A model generated the notes under the pieces. It was not told the DNA's origin. It searched no databases and saw only the letters and a list, made by a program, of their open reading frames with translations. Below are positions 32,362-41,236 of a stretch of DNA of 64,000 nt, piece by piece. The position numbers and the translations under genes are program-made. Source of the stretch: Nitrospirota bacterium (GTDB taxonomy: Bacteria; Nitrospirota; Thermodesulfovibrionia; UBA6902; JAJYJJ01); assembly GCA_021789595.1 (NCBI GenBank), contig JAJYJJ010000008.1, positions 25,403 through 89,402 on the forward strand, in the 5' to 3' direction. Position 1 is the first letter of the stretch. Each line of letters opens with the position of its first letter.

Positions 32362-34070
32362 AGCCTTATCTTTGGATGACATCCCATCCCACATGTTCTG
32401 GGTATCGAATTTATCATTCTTCGGATTCCTGCATAATCGTTATCTCTGGCCTTTACAAAGCCATACCGGAGGTCTATATCCAGCTTCTTCAGAAGCTCTT
32501 GGTTGTTCTTGTCGCTGGGCTTTAAATCATATAGAGCCCTTTTTACTGCCTCTGTAACAGCAGGGGGAGTCTTTGGCCCTATAACCAGAGGCCCTGCAGG
32601 TATCGGCCCTGATTCTTCAATTATTTTAAGACCAAGGCTGTAATATTTCTCAGCTACGGTGTCTTTAACTGCCCCGGCATCATATTGCCCGCTGAGTACC
32701 GCCTTTACAACAGATTCATCATAGTCAAAATTAGTATAAGTTTTTAGATTGCCGAGATGTATTCCTGAATTCGCAAGGAGATAGCGGGGAATCAGATTGC
32801 CAGAAGTGGATTTGACAGAGGCAAATGCAAATGATTTCCCTTTCAGGTCAGAGAGACTGCGAATAGAACTATCTTTTCGGGTTATTATCACACTCCTGTA
32901 ATATGCGCCCCCATCAGCAGTATTAGGCTTCAGCATGCAAACTGCACCATATTTTTTATGGGCCTCGAGATATGTAAGGGGGCCGAGAAGGGCAATATCA
33001 ATTGTTCCATTTCCCATATCAGTAACTGTATCTTCATAGGATTTTCTCAGGACAAGTTCAAATCTGTAAGGTGTTGCTTCTGATAGGTAATCAATAAGGG
33101 GCTGATATTTCTCATAGGCAATTCTTGGATTATCCCTCGGTATAACACTAAAATATATAACATTCCTTTCCCTGGGGATAACGCCTATTTTAGCCCCTTT
33201 GTTGACCCACCGCTCCATCATGCGAATAGAATCGTAATCCCTGTCATTTGCTGTGCTAAACCTATCAATCATCATTGCACCAAGAATGGCTCTGCCTTTC
33301 GGGTCTTTATGCATATCCAAAAGAGTATCTTTTATTTTTTTCTTAATGCCTTGGTCCATGTTCCTGATAACGACCACTGGCGGAGTTCCAAACGGAGGAG
33401 ATTTCTCAATAATCCTCGTAAGAGCAACATATGGCGAATGCTTTTTAAGCATGTAGTCATAAACAAGGCTGTCGACAGAGGCACCATCAACCTGCCTTTT
33501 TGCTACCATCTCAATAGATTTATTGTGGCTGTAACTATAGGTATACTTTTTAAAAAATGTCTGAGGGGTATAATGCATCTTTGAAAGCCTGTAAGCTGCA
33601 TAAAGCCAGCCTGAATTTGACATTGGGTCTGTGAAGGCAAAGGTCTTTCTCTTGAGGTCTGCAAAGGATTTTATGTGGCTGTCTTTGTGGACAATTATGT
33701 AAGAGTTATACAGGGATCTACCATTCACAATTGGTGCTGCAAGGAGTTCAACCCCGAATTTATCATGGTCATTGACATATGGGGCAGAGCATATAAAGGC
33801 CACCTGCACTTTATCCCTTTCAAGAAGGCGGTCCATTTCAGTGTAGGTCATACGATAGATTATCTGAACAGACATTCCAAGTTTTTTCCCTATATAGTCC
33901 GCAATATCCTGATAATACCTGATCGCCTCAACCGGGGTTATCATCGAGGCAATACCAATCTTTATGGGCTCTTTAACCTCCTGGCCATATGTCCGGCAGG
34001 GATGCAAGAGTATAAAAAAGGCCGATATAGAAATGAAGATTATACTAAGGATAGGTGTAGGCCTCATCAT
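32358..34070 (-). CDS. periplasmic protein with two tandem PhnD-like substrate-binding domains (AioX-like sensor partner)
   Basis: Signal peptide, then two repeats each with Y.S.II..KDS.I.S..DLK.K.FAF....S.SG-type motifs. Confidence 0.8.
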   Translation of the reverse strand: MMRPTPILSIIFISISAFFILLHPCRTYGQEVKEPIKIGIASMITPVEAIRYYQDIADYIGKKLGMSVQIIYRMTYTEMDRLLERDKVQVAFICSAPYVNDHDKFGVELLAAPIVNGRSLYNSYIIVHKDSHIKSFADLKRKTFAFTDPMSNSGWLYAAYRLSKMHYTPQTFFKKYTYSYSHNKSIEMVAKRQVDGASVDSLVYDYMLKKHSPYVALTRIIEKSPPFGTPPVVVIRNMDQGIKKKIKDTLLDMHKDPKGRAILGAMMIDRFSTANDRDYDSIRMMERWVNKGAKIGVIPRERNVIYFSVIPRDNPRIAYEKYQPLIDYLSEATPYRFELVLRKSYEDTVTDMGNGTIDIALLGPLTYLEAHKKYGAVCMLKPNTADGGAYYRSVIITRKDSSIRSLSDLKGKSFAFASVKSTSGNLIPRYLLANSGIHLGNLKTYTNFDYDESVVKAVLSGQYDAGAVKDTVAEKYYSLGLKIIEESGPIPAGPLVIGPKTPPAVTEAVKRALYDLKPSDKNNQELLKKLDIDLRYGFVKARDNDYAGIRRMINSIPRTCGMGCHPKIRL

Positions 34071-34109
34071 ACTTATTATACTATACCTTAATCAGATGGT
34101 GCATTAGAA

Positions 34110-34562
34110 CTAACCGGCTAAATCACTGTCCTTCCTGACAGTCCTCTGCCTTTTCTTTTCCGATTGCAGCCTCTTGTCATTAAGCATTTTTTCCTTAGCC
34201 CTTCTGGAGCGTTTATATTTTTGTCTTCTGATTCTCTCTATACGCTTTTTCTCCTCACTTTCCTTGCCCTTAATCATTTGTTCAATCTTCTCCACAAGGA
34301 TTACCCTTGCCCTGAAACGGTTCAGCGCCTGAGTGCGTTGCTCCTGACATTTGACCGCCAAACCGGTAGGCAGGTGCTTTAGATAGACACAGGTAGAGAC
34401 CTTGTTGACATTCTGCCCTCCTTTGCCGCCTGAACGCACAAAAGATTCCTCTATATCAGTCTCTTTAATCCCAAGGCTGTCCATCTTTTGTTTAAGAGCC
34501 TGTTGTTTTTCAGCCCTTACAGGGAAGATACCCATTTCAAGAATCCTCTCTTGAATAGTCAT
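34110..34562 (-). CDS. GGQ-motif release-factor-like protein (RF-1 domain, ArfB/ICT1-like)
   Basis: [14 protein letters not shown] followed by a long Lys/Arg-rich C-terminal tail. Confidence 0.75.
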   Translation of the reverse strand: MTIQERILEMGIFPVRAEKQQALKQKMDSLGIKETDIEESFVRSGGKGGQNVNKVSTCVYLKHLPTGLAVKCQEQRTQALNRFRARVILVEKIEQMIKGKESEEKKRIERIRRQKYKRSRRAKEKMLNDKRLQSEKKRQRTVRKDSDLAG

Positions 34563-34772
34563 ACACCATTTTTAATTCTATACAATCGATATGGTATTAT
34601 CAATGGGAAGACAAGACTGATAGGGATATAATTCCGATAGGAAACCTCAATGTTGAAAAGGGAATATCTTTATGTGACAGAGGATAAAGGCATTGCTTAA
34701 ATCAGCAGACATCCTTTATATTGTGCTGATAGGCGCTGCTATTTCGGTATTAATATTTTAGGAGCTGGACAA

Positions 34773-35483
34773 TTGCCAGTAGCAATAGTAACCGGGGCAT
34801 CAAGGGGGCTTGGGAGGCAGATTGCCTTGACCCTCGGCAAAAAGGGATATATGGTTTGTGTTAATTATAACCTATCTGAAAGGCAGGCCTTTGAGGTCGT
34901 CAGGGAGATAGGCGATAATGCTGTCACAATAAGGACAGATGTAAGTGACTTAAGGCAGGTCGAGAAGATGATAGAGGCAGTTCACAAAAAATGGGGCAGG
35001 ATTGATGCAGTCATAAACAATGCAGGGATAACAAGAGACGGGCTTATCTTAAAGATAAAACATGAACATTTACAAGATGTTATAAGCTTTAATTTAAAGA
35101 GTTGCTTTAATACTATAAGGGCTGTTTCTCCTATCATGATTGCCGCTGGGGAAGGGCATATTGTAAATATTTCCTCTATCTCAGGTTTGAAGGGTAGGGC
35201 AGGGCAGACTGCCTATAGTGCATCAAAGGCAGCGATACTTGGTCTTACATATACAGCGGCAAAGGAGTTTGGACAATACAATATAAGGGTAAATGCAATA
35301 CTTCCAGGATATATGCCAACAGACATGGGCATTGCTGCCATGGGGGCAATGGAAAGGGCAATGGCTGAGAGTATTCTTGGAAGACTATCTGATACATTAG
35401 AGGTCTCTGAATTTATAGCCTATCTTCTGACGACAAAGGGAGTAACTGGACAGGTATTTTGTATGGATAGCAGGATTGGTTAA
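34773..35483 (+). CDS. short-chain dehydrogenase, 3-oxoacyl-ACP reductase-like
   Basis: TGASRGLG, NNAG and S...Y..SK catalytic motifs. TTG start follows AGGAG. Confidence 0.85.
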   Translation: MPVAIVTGASRGLGRQIALTLGKKGYMVCVNYNLSERQAFEVVREIGDNAVTIRTDVSDLRQVEKMIEAVHKKWGRIDAVINNAGITRDGLILKIKHEHLQDVISFNLKSCFNTIRAVSPIMIAAGEGHIVNISSISGLKGRAGQTAYSASKAAILGLTYTAAKEFGQYNIRVNAILPGYMPTDMGIAAMGAMERAMAESILGRLSDTLEVSEFIAYLLTTKGVTGQVFCMDSRIG

Positions 35484-35494
35484 AGAGAGATTTT

Positions 35495-36196
35495 ATGGGG
35501 AAAGGCATCTTTATAACAGGGACAGATACAGGGGTCGGTAAGACCATAGTAACAGCCATCCTTGTAAGGGCATTGAAGTTAAAAGGCTATGATGTGGGGG
35601 TTATGAAACCAATAGAGACAGGAGGCTTCAGGGAGGGTCATACTATCCTCACAAGGGACTGTCTTTTTCTCAAGGAGATTGCAGAGGTAGAGGAGAGTAT
35701 AAGGGTCATAACCCCATATCCATTGGAGAATCCCCTTGCACCTTCAGTTGCAGCATCCATCGAAGGCATAGTCATTGAAGTGGACAGGATAATTGAGGCG
35801 TTTAATGTCCTCTCAGCCCGCCACGATATAGTAGTGGTAGAGGGTGTTGGCGGGCTGCTTGTGCCTGTATATAAGAGGTATCTTTTAATCAATCTTATAA
35901 GCGACCTTGGTCTTCCCATAATAGTTGTGGCAAGGCCGACTCTTGGGACTATAAACCACAGCCTTCTCACTATAAACTATGCAAAGAAAGATGGACTTTC
36001 TGTCCTTGGCTTTGTTATAAATTATTCACAGCCCTATGAACAGGGGATTGCAGAAAAGACAAGTCCTGCTGTAATAGAGGAAATGAGCAATGTCCCGCTT
36101 CTTGGTACTATCCCATATCTTAATGAGATTACAAAGGATAGCCTTGACAGGGCTGCTATTAAATATTTAGACCTGAGGGCATTGGCTCTATCTTGA
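35495..36196 (+). CDS. bioD: dethiobiotin synthase
   Basis: FITGTDTGVGKT P-loop, KP.ETG and VEG.GG motifs. Confidence 0.85.
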   Translation: MGKGIFITGTDTGVGKTIVTAILVRALKLKGYDVGVMKPIETGGFREGHTILTRDCLFLKEIAEVEESIRVITPYPLENPLAPSVAASIEGIVIEVDRIIEAFNVLSARHDIVVVEGVGGLLVPVYKRYLLINLISDLGLPIIVVARPTLGTINHSLLTINYAKKDGLSVLGFVINYSQPYEQGIAEKTSPAVIEEMSNVPLLGTIPYLNEITKDSLDRAAIKYLDLRALALS

Positions 36197-36204
36197 CGAA
36201 CAGG

Positions 36205-37074
36205 TTATAGTCTTATAATCTCAGTGCCTATGCCCTTATCTGTGAATATCTCAATCAGCAGTGAGTGGGGTATGCGTCCGTCAATGATATGGGTCTTTGA
36301 TACGCCTGCCATAAGCGCATCAAGACAAGACTCAACCTTTGGCATCATGCCGCCTGATATAACCCCATCCTTTGTTAATCTTTCTATCTTCTTCTTGTCG
36401 AGTGTGCCTATGACAACCCCTTTCTTATCCATTATCCCCTGTGTGTCTGTGAGAAATATGAGTTTTTCTGCCCTGATGGCAGAGGCAATGGAGCTTGCCA
36501 CAAGATCGGCGTTTATGTTCAAGGTCTCACCTTTTCTGCTTACGCCGATTGGTGCAATAACAGGGATAAAGTTACCTGCTTGTAAGTTTTCAAGTATTAA
36601 GGGTTCAACCTTTTCGACCTTTCCAACAAGACCAAGGTCTACTGCCTTTGCTGAGGGCTTCTTTATGGTCTTTTTCTTTGCTGTTATGAGGCCTGCATCC
36701 TTACCGCTCAGACCCACTGCACGGCCGCCATTTGTATTTATCAGATTCACGATCTCTTTGTTTATCAAACCGCCTAAAACCATCTCAACGATGTTCATGG
36801 TTTCCTTATCAGTTATCCTCTGCCCGTGTACAAACATTGGCTTTTTACCCATCTTTTCCATAGCAGAGCTTATCTTTTGTCCACCGCCATGGACAATAAT
36901 GGGCCGAATCCCTATAAAACTCAGCAGGACAATATCCTGTGCAAAGGCATTTTTAAGGCTGTCCTCTGTCATGGCTGCCCCTCCATACTTTATTACAAAG
37001 GTCTTGCCATAGAATGTCCTGATGTATGGGAGGGCCTCAATCAGTATATTCGCCTTTTCAATAAGTTCTTTCAA
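36205..37074 (-). CDS. argB: acetylglutamate kinase
   Basis: FVIKYGGAAM, VHGGG and INADL motifs; 289 aa. Confidence 0.93.
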   Translation of the reverse strand: MKELIEKANILIEALPYIRTFYGKTFVIKYGGAAMTEDSLKNAFAQDIVLLSFIGIRPIIVHGGGQKISSAMEKMGKKPMFVHGQRITDKETMNIVEMVLGGLINKEIVNLINTNGGRAVGLSGKDAGLITAKKKTIKKPSAKAVDLGLVGKVEKVEPLILENLQAGNFIPVIAPIGVSRKGETLNINADLVASSIASAIRAEKLIFLTDTQGIMDKKGVVIGTLDKKKIERLTKDGVISGGMMPKVESCLDALMAGVSKTHIIDGRIPHSLLIEIFTDKGIGTEIIRL

Positions 37075-37083
37075 TGGTCCCTC

Positions 37084-37710
37084 CTATATTTCAGAGCAAG
37101 GGATGCAGACAACCTTCCCACCCTTTACCCTTGCCCTGGGCTCCATAACCTTTTCTCCACAGATGCTACACCTTATAGACGGGTATATCCTTGCCTCTGA
37201 AGGAGACTCCATCTTGATGCGTTTTATCTTAAGTATATCTTTTTCCTTTGCCTTGAGTATTGCATCAACCTTTTTCTTTTTAATGGCCTCAATACCTTTC
37301 ATCACCCTATCTGAACGGTCTCCTGACTGGAACTTTTTCCACAGGAGCTTTTCCTTCTCTGTCTCCTTAATCCCTTTCCAGTCAACTGCTATCCTTATTG
37401 CCTCCCCAGTGCCCCTTTTTAAGAATGTATATACCTGCTTGCCATAATCCCTGAAGATAAGATTTCCCTTTCCAAATGTGCAGCCTGTCAATACCTGTAT
37501 AGAATCAACAGCACACGAATCATTTTCAACTATGGCAACTATCTCCTCATCCTCCGACCTTTTACCAAGCTCACCCAGTGCTGTCTTTGCAGCCCTATAG
37601 CCAAAGGCAATGCCGGGGCAGAGATGTCCGTGGAACCTTACTATTTCAGAAAGATCGTCCATGTTTCCTCCTAATGTTTTTAATAGATATTTTATAGCAC
37701 GAAATGACAT
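37084..37710 (-). CDS. FmdE/FwdE-domain protein with C-terminal zinc ribbon (paralogue of 19311..19922)
   Basis: HGHLCPGIAFG, NDSCAVDSIQVLTGCTFG and a C-terminal CSICGE...CIPC. Confidence 0.8.
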   Translation of the reverse strand: MSFRAIKYLLKTLGGNMDDLSEIVRFHGHLCPGIAFGYRAAKTALGELGKRSEDEEIVAIVENDSCAVDSIQVLTGCTFGKGNLIFRDYGKQVYTFLKRGTGEAIRIAVDWKGIKETEKEKLLWKKFQSGDRSDRVMKGIEAIKKKKVDAILKAKEKDILKIKRIKMESPSEARIYPSIRCSICGEKVMEPRARVKGGKVVCIPCSEI

Positions 37711-37727
37711 TTTTTAAAAGTTCAAAA

Positions 37728-38969
37728 TCATAACGACCAGAGCTCTTTTCTCCTCCAGAAAAGCGCTATCGTAACAAACAGGCATATAGAAGCACATGAG
37801 GCTATTGCAGCCTGTGTTCCTATATGGCGGCTAAGAATGCCGATTAGAAGATTTCCTACAGGTGTCATCCCGAGGAAAAAGAGTGTATAGACACTCATCA
37901 CCCTTCCCCTGAGGGCATCAGGGACAAGTATCTGGAGTATGCTGTTTACTGTTGCCATCTCTGCTATCATGCCCATGCCGATAAAGATAAGCACAAGGCA
38001 TGATATAACAGGGTTTTTGGAAAGTGAAAAGATGATAAGGCAGACAGATAAGGTTATCCCTGCCGTTGCTACAATCTTTCCCCTCTCAGCTATATCAGCC
38101 CTGAAGGCAAGAAGCATGGCCCCTGAGAATGCCCCAACGCCAGCAAAGCCCATGAGGATTCCAAGGCCTGTTGGCCCTATCTTCAGTATGTCCTGTGCAT
38201 ATATGGGCATAAAGGTTATATATGGGATGCCGAAGAGGCTTGTTATTGCAACAAGTGCTATAAGGTAGTATATATTTGTTTCAGACTTTATAAACCTGAA
38301 TCCCTCAAGTAGATCATGTCTGATGTTCAGATTCTTTATCTTCTTGTCTTGCGTCTCTGGTATAGACATCCTTAAAAGACTGATAATCACAGCCACAAAA
38401 CTTATGGCGTTTATATAAAAGCAGGCAGCAATGCCAAGATAGCCTATTAAAACCCCTGCAATAGCTGGCCCTATAATCCTTGCTCCATTAAAGGCTGCTG
38501 AATTAAGTGCTATGGCATTAAGTAAATATTCTTTACCCACCATCTCGATGATAAAGGATTGTCTTCCAGGGACATCAAAGGCATTGACAATGCCCAGGAA
38601 CGTGGCAAGGATTATCACATGCCAGACATTGGCAATGCCAAGAGATGTGAGGATGGCAAGGAAAAGGGCGAGAAACATAGATGCAACCTGTGTCATGATA
38701 AGAAGTATCCTCTTGTTAATCCTGTCAGCCACCACGCCGCCAAACAGGCTGAAGAATAATATAGGCAGAGAACCTGCTGTTCCAACGACTCCGAGATAGA
38801 AGGGTGAGTTTGTTAGTTTAAACACAAGCCAACCCTGCCCAACCGCCTGCATCCATGTGCCTGTCAGCGATATGATCTGCCCTGTCCAGAAGAGCCTGAA
38901 GTTCCTGTGTTTGAAGGCAGAAAAGAGTCCTCTGCGGCTGAATGGTTTATTATGCGGTAATCTATCCAT
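37728..38969 (-). CDS. MFS transporter
   Basis: 413 aa with about 12 hydrophobic spans and a GGVVADR-type loop motif. Confidence 0.85.
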   Translation of the reverse strand: MDRLPHNKPFSRRGLFSAFKHRNFRLFWTGQIISLTGTWMQAVGQGWLVFKLTNSPFYLGVVGTAGSLPILFFSLFGGVVADRINKRILLIMTQVASMFLALFLAILTSLGIANVWHVIILATFLGIVNAFDVPGRQSFIIEMVGKEYLLNAIALNSAAFNGARIIGPAIAGVLIGYLGIAACFYINAISFVAVIISLLRMSIPETQDKKIKNLNIRHDLLEGFRFIKSETNIYYLIALVAITSLFGIPYITFMPIYAQDILKIGPTGLGILMGFAGVGAFSGAMLLAFRADIAERGKIVATAGITLSVCLIIFSLSKNPVISCLVLIFIGMGMIAEMATVNSILQILVPDALRGRVMSVYTLFFLGMTPVGNLLIGILSRHIGTQAAIASCASICLFVTIALFWRRKELWSL

Positions 38970-39087
38970 TCCTCACCCCTGTTGTAAAAAAGTAAGTAGT
39001 TAGGGGAAAGTATTTAAATGCAGTTCCCTTAACTACTACAAACCATTTATATTGTGATATAATCTTTGGAAGATAGTAAAGGAATTT

Positions 39088-39309
39088 ATGCAAGGTCTTC
39101 TGCGTATAAGCACTGCACAGATAATGTGGGCTATGTTTTTCGGAAGCGTAGGCCTGGGGGTATTTGTATACGGCAAGAAGCAGCAGAGGTTGGTGCCGTT
39201 GATTGTTGGGATAATACTTATGGCATTCCCGTATTTTATATCTAATACCTATCTGCTGGTGGCGATAGGCATAGGGCTTATAGCAAGTCTGTTTGTATTC
39301 AGATTCTGA
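39088..39309 (+). CDS. small membrane protein (73 aa)
   Basis: Three hydrophobic segments. No family recognised. Confidence 0.5.
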   Translation: MQGLLRISTAQIMWAMFFGSVGLGVFVYGKKQQRLVPLIVGIILMAFPYFISNTYLLVAIGIGLIASLFVFRF

Positions 39310-39329
39310 GGATTAGGAATTTGATTAAT

Positions 39330-39497
39330 ATGAAGTGTAAGGAATGTAAGGGTGATATAAAACTATTTGTTGGTTGAACCTCTGTTTATCTGCGCTGCAT
39401 GGAATGTGGCAGGATATATCAATTGAAAGAATATATCAATGAGATTAGCGAGGATATGTGGGATCTAATATCCCGTCGGCCGTGTAACAAGGCTTAG
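39330..39497 (+). CDS. 55-codon dual-CxxC zinc-ribbon ORF interrupted by an in-frame TGA (selenoprotein candidate or pseudogene)
   Basis: MKCKECKGDIKLFVG-TGA(39375-39377)-TSVYLRCMECGRIYQLKEYINEISEDMWDLISRRPCNKA. The two CxxC halves are in the same frame on either side of the TGA. Confidence 0.4.
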
Positions 39498-40711
39498 TTT
39501 ATAAAATTTACATAGCCCATGGTTCCCTCTATGGCCTTTTCTTTCAGTCCTCCCATTGGTATCTGGTTTTTGATGAGGTTTGTATATATACCTGCATTTT
39601 TTATATCACCTATGAATATCACACCCACAAGCAGATCGCCCTTGAATACAAACCTCTTATAGCTATCAATACTATCCTCTGTGATAATCTCATATTCTCT
39701 GCCTTCAGGTTCGATGATTCCGACTGCTATCATCGGTATACCCGCAATCTCAGTGGCATTCATCACTGTCAGAAATCCGGGATATCTTCTATCTGCGCCT
39801 GTCATGTTCATGCCAGCAATACGGCCCATCTCCATTGCATTGCTCCACAGTGCGCTTACAGAAGAAATGCCTGTGAGCAATTCTCTGAATTCAACCACAT
39901 CACCTGCAGCGTAGATGTCAGGGATATTTGTTTGAAGCAATTCGTTGACCTGAATCCCCTTGCTGATCTTTATGCCTGAATCCTTGAATATGTCCATATC
40001 AGGTCTTACTCCTATAGCAATGATTACTATATCAGCATTGATTGTGCTGCCAGATGCAAGCCTGACGGCCTTTACATTTCCTCCATCACGGATTATTTCC
40101 ACGACGCTGTCCTCGGTTAATATCGTGATACCTTCATTTTTCAGTGCAAGAGATATGATCTCAGCGCCCCTTCTGTCAAGCCTTTGATAAAGTATCTGGG
40201 AGAGTTTTTCTATTATCGTGACATTAACTGTAGATTTTAAGGCCTCTGCTGCTTTTATCCCAACAAGTCCGCCGCCGATAACAACAGCATTTTCTGCAAC
40301 TGATCTGGCATCCCTGATCTTGATGGCATCCTCCATTGTCCTTAGGGTAAATATCCCCTGGCCTTTAATACCAGGAATATCAGGGATTATAGGGACGCTC
40401 CCTGTTGCAATCAAAAGCCTGTCAAACTTAATCCTCTTACCTGAAGACAGCAGAACATCTTTTGATTGCACATCTACATCTGTAGCCATCTCGTATACGG
40501 CATTGAGCCTGTATTTTTCTATAGGATCATCAGGGTATGTGATATCCACCTCAGCCTTCTGTCCATCTATCAAAACGGGTATCATAGGCCTGTAGTATGC
40601 CGTTACATTTTCTCCAGAGATCAGTGTGATTTCTGCATTGGCATTATTGTTTCTTATTGCCTTTGCTGCAGATATCCCTGCAATGCTTCCACCTATGATG
40701 ACATGGTGCAT
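39494..40711 (-). CDS. FAD/NAD(P)-dependent pyridine nucleotide-disulfide-family oxidoreductase (CODH-associated)
   Basis: N-terminal GGSIAG dinucleotide fold, a second GGGLVG fold and the AAGDV motif. It sits downstream of cooS-cooF. Confidence 0.85.
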   Translation of the reverse strand: MHHVIIGGSIAGISAAKAIRNNNANAEITLISGENVTAYYRPMIPVLIDGQKAEVDITYPDDPIEKYRLNAVYEMATDVDVQSKDVLLSSGKRIKFDRLLIATGSVPIIPDIPGIKGQGIFTLRTMEDAIKIRDARSVAENAVVIGGGLVGIKAAEALKSTVNVTIIEKLSQILYQRLDRRGAEIISLALKNEGITILTEDSVVEIIRDGGNVKAVRLASGSTINADIVIIAIGVRPDMDIFKDSGIKISKGIQVNELLQTNIPDIYAAGDVVEFRELLTGISSVSALWSNAMEMGRIAGMNMTGADRRYPGFLTVMNATEIAGIPMIAVGIIEPEGREYEIITEDSIDSYKRFVFKGDLLVGVIFIGDIKNAGIYTNLIKNQIPMGGLKEKAIEGTMGYVNFIN

Positions 40712-40725
40712 TTGCTTCCCTCCGG

Positions 40726-41223
40726 TTACTGATGGCTTATAGCCTTGGACTCAGTAAGTATTACCATATGCCTCTTTTCTTTTGACATCTCATCCACATC
40801 CACCATGACTAATGCATGGGTTGGGCACGCATTCACACACGCAGGGACCTCAAGCTTATGGCAGCGGTCACATTTAACAGCTATGTGTTTTTCCCTGTCC
40901 CTTGTTATTACACCGAAAGGGCAGACCATTATGCATGTCCAGCAGCCAATGCATCTCTCTTTTCTCCTCCTCACAAAGCCCTTCTCATCCCTGTAGAGGC
41001 AGCCGCTTATGCATGCATTAAGACAGGGGGCATCCTCGCAGTGTCTGCAGATAATAGGCATCCTGATATTTTCTCCCGCCTCAACAAAGAGCCTCTTCAT
41101 TGGTGCAGGCGATTGTAAAACTGCTGAATATAGCGTCTTATCCTTTGAATGCTGAACTGCACAGCCTATCTCACAGCTTTTGCATCCCATGCATCTTTCA
41201 GGTCTAACAAATATCTGCTTCAT
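40726..41223 (-). CDS. cooF: CooF-like 4Fe-4S ferredoxin
   Basis: CMGCKSCEIGC, CRHCEDAPC, CIGCWTCIMVC and CDRC...CVNAC. Start moved to ATG 41223 (SD GAGGAGGG); the tracked start at 41274 overlaps cooS. Confidence 0.85.
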   Translation of the reverse strand: MKQIFVRPERCMGCKSCEIGCAVQHSKDKTLYSAVLQSPAPMKRLFVEAGENIRMPIICRHCEDAPCLNACISGCLYRDEKGFVRRRKERCIGCWTCIMVCPFGVITRDREKHIAVKCDRCHKLEVPACVNACPTHALVMVDVDEMSKEKRHMVILTESKAISHQ

Positions 41224-41236
41224 TTCTATTCCCTCC

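Noticed and set aside
34563-34772. Tiny ORFs (16-22 codons, for example MLKSADILYIVLIGAAISVLIF) upstream of the fabG-like gene
   Set aside because: No SD is present, no conservation can be assessed, and they are too short to support from sequence alone.
36224-37012. 262-aa plus-strand ORF opposite argB; similarly 17439..18164 opposite the NrfD-CBS gene and 20205..20783 opposite the TorD-like gene
   Set aside because: In each case the opposite strand encodes a protein with clear family motifs. These ORFs have no motifs and biased composition.
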